From positions 1 to 44,714 of the IMG/VR virus record IMGVR_UViG_3300027790_000010: DNA of 44,714 nt; one strand, written 5' to 3'. Under the pieces are notes generated by a model. The model was given only the letters and a program-made list of their open reading frames with translations, was not told where the DNA came from and searched no databases. This DNA is from a virus. Taxonomy: Duplodnaviria; Caudoviricetes. Both the position numbers and the translations under genes were made by a program. This document shows positions 44,489 to 44,714 of the stretch, one piece after another (position 1 is the first letter of the stretch; each line of letters begins with the position of its first letter).

Positions 44489-44714
44489 GAGGGTGGCGAT
44501 CTGCGGGACGATGGAGTTGCCTAGTTGCCTAAGTCGGTCCAGGTCGCCGGGTAGCCCATTACCCACTCCCAGTACAACGGGTTGAGGCGACCTCCAGTGC
44601 CCTCGCCCAGTGCCCGACACCCCGGATGCTTCTGCATCGACGGACACAACTGGTTGGCAGTCGCCGTCGGAGTTGCGATAAGCGATGATCCAGACCCGAT
44701 CCCGTCGGTGAGGC
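44453..44714 (-). CDS. C5 DNA methyltransferase, 3' part
   Basis: In frame with 1-564; ends DRLRQLGNSIVPQIA (motif X). Confidence 0.93.
   Translation of the reverse strand, partial: PHRRDRVWIIAYRNSDGDCQPVVSVDAEASGVSGTGRGHWRSPQPVVLGVGNGLPGDLDRLRQLGNSIVPQIATLLGQAILRREGY
44588..44714. repeat. Terminal direct repeat, copy 2
   Basis: Identical to 1-127. Confidence 0.95.

Noticed and set aside
44588-44714. 127-bp terminal repeat as a biological DTR
   Set aside because: Its length equals a standard assembler k-mer and it lies in the middle of the MTase gene, so it indicates circular assembly only.
1-44714. Stop-codon reassignment, tRNAs, integrase, RNA polymerase, reverse transcriptase/DGR
   Set aside because: Core genes are intact under the standard code with all three stops in use, and I saw no motifs for these elements by eye. 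tRNAscan and HMM searches would be needed to exclude them fully.

Overview
Apparently complete, circularly assembled genome (44,587 bp plus a 127-bp terminal overlap) of a GC-rich, probably lytic, podovirus-like tailed phage. No integrase or RNA polymerase is visible. Two arms diverge from a repeat-rich non-coding region at about 17.55-18.0 kb. The leftward (-) arm holds many small early genes separated by repeated hairpin and leader elements, then an RHH regulator, Prim-Pol primase, a compact UvrD-like helicase, an HNH endonuclease, a family A DNA polymerase, a Cas4-like exonuclease, DUF3310 and a C5 DNA methyltransferase that spans the contig junction. The rightward (+) arm holds a Tad1-like anti-defence protein, large terminase, portal, scaffold, capsid, tail genes, three ejection-type proteins, small membrane/lipoprotein genes, a metallophosphoesterase and RuvC. 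Highlights: a hidden overlapping second MTase subunit (M.EcoHK31I-like alpha/beta arrangement) missed by the ORF track; a Tad1-like sponge behind a leaderless promoter; a covarying repeated hairpin in the early region; a tail gene apparently split by a glycoside-hydrolase-like insertion; and a PolA with Asn replacing the motif B Tyr. All family calls come from motif recognition by eye, not database searches.
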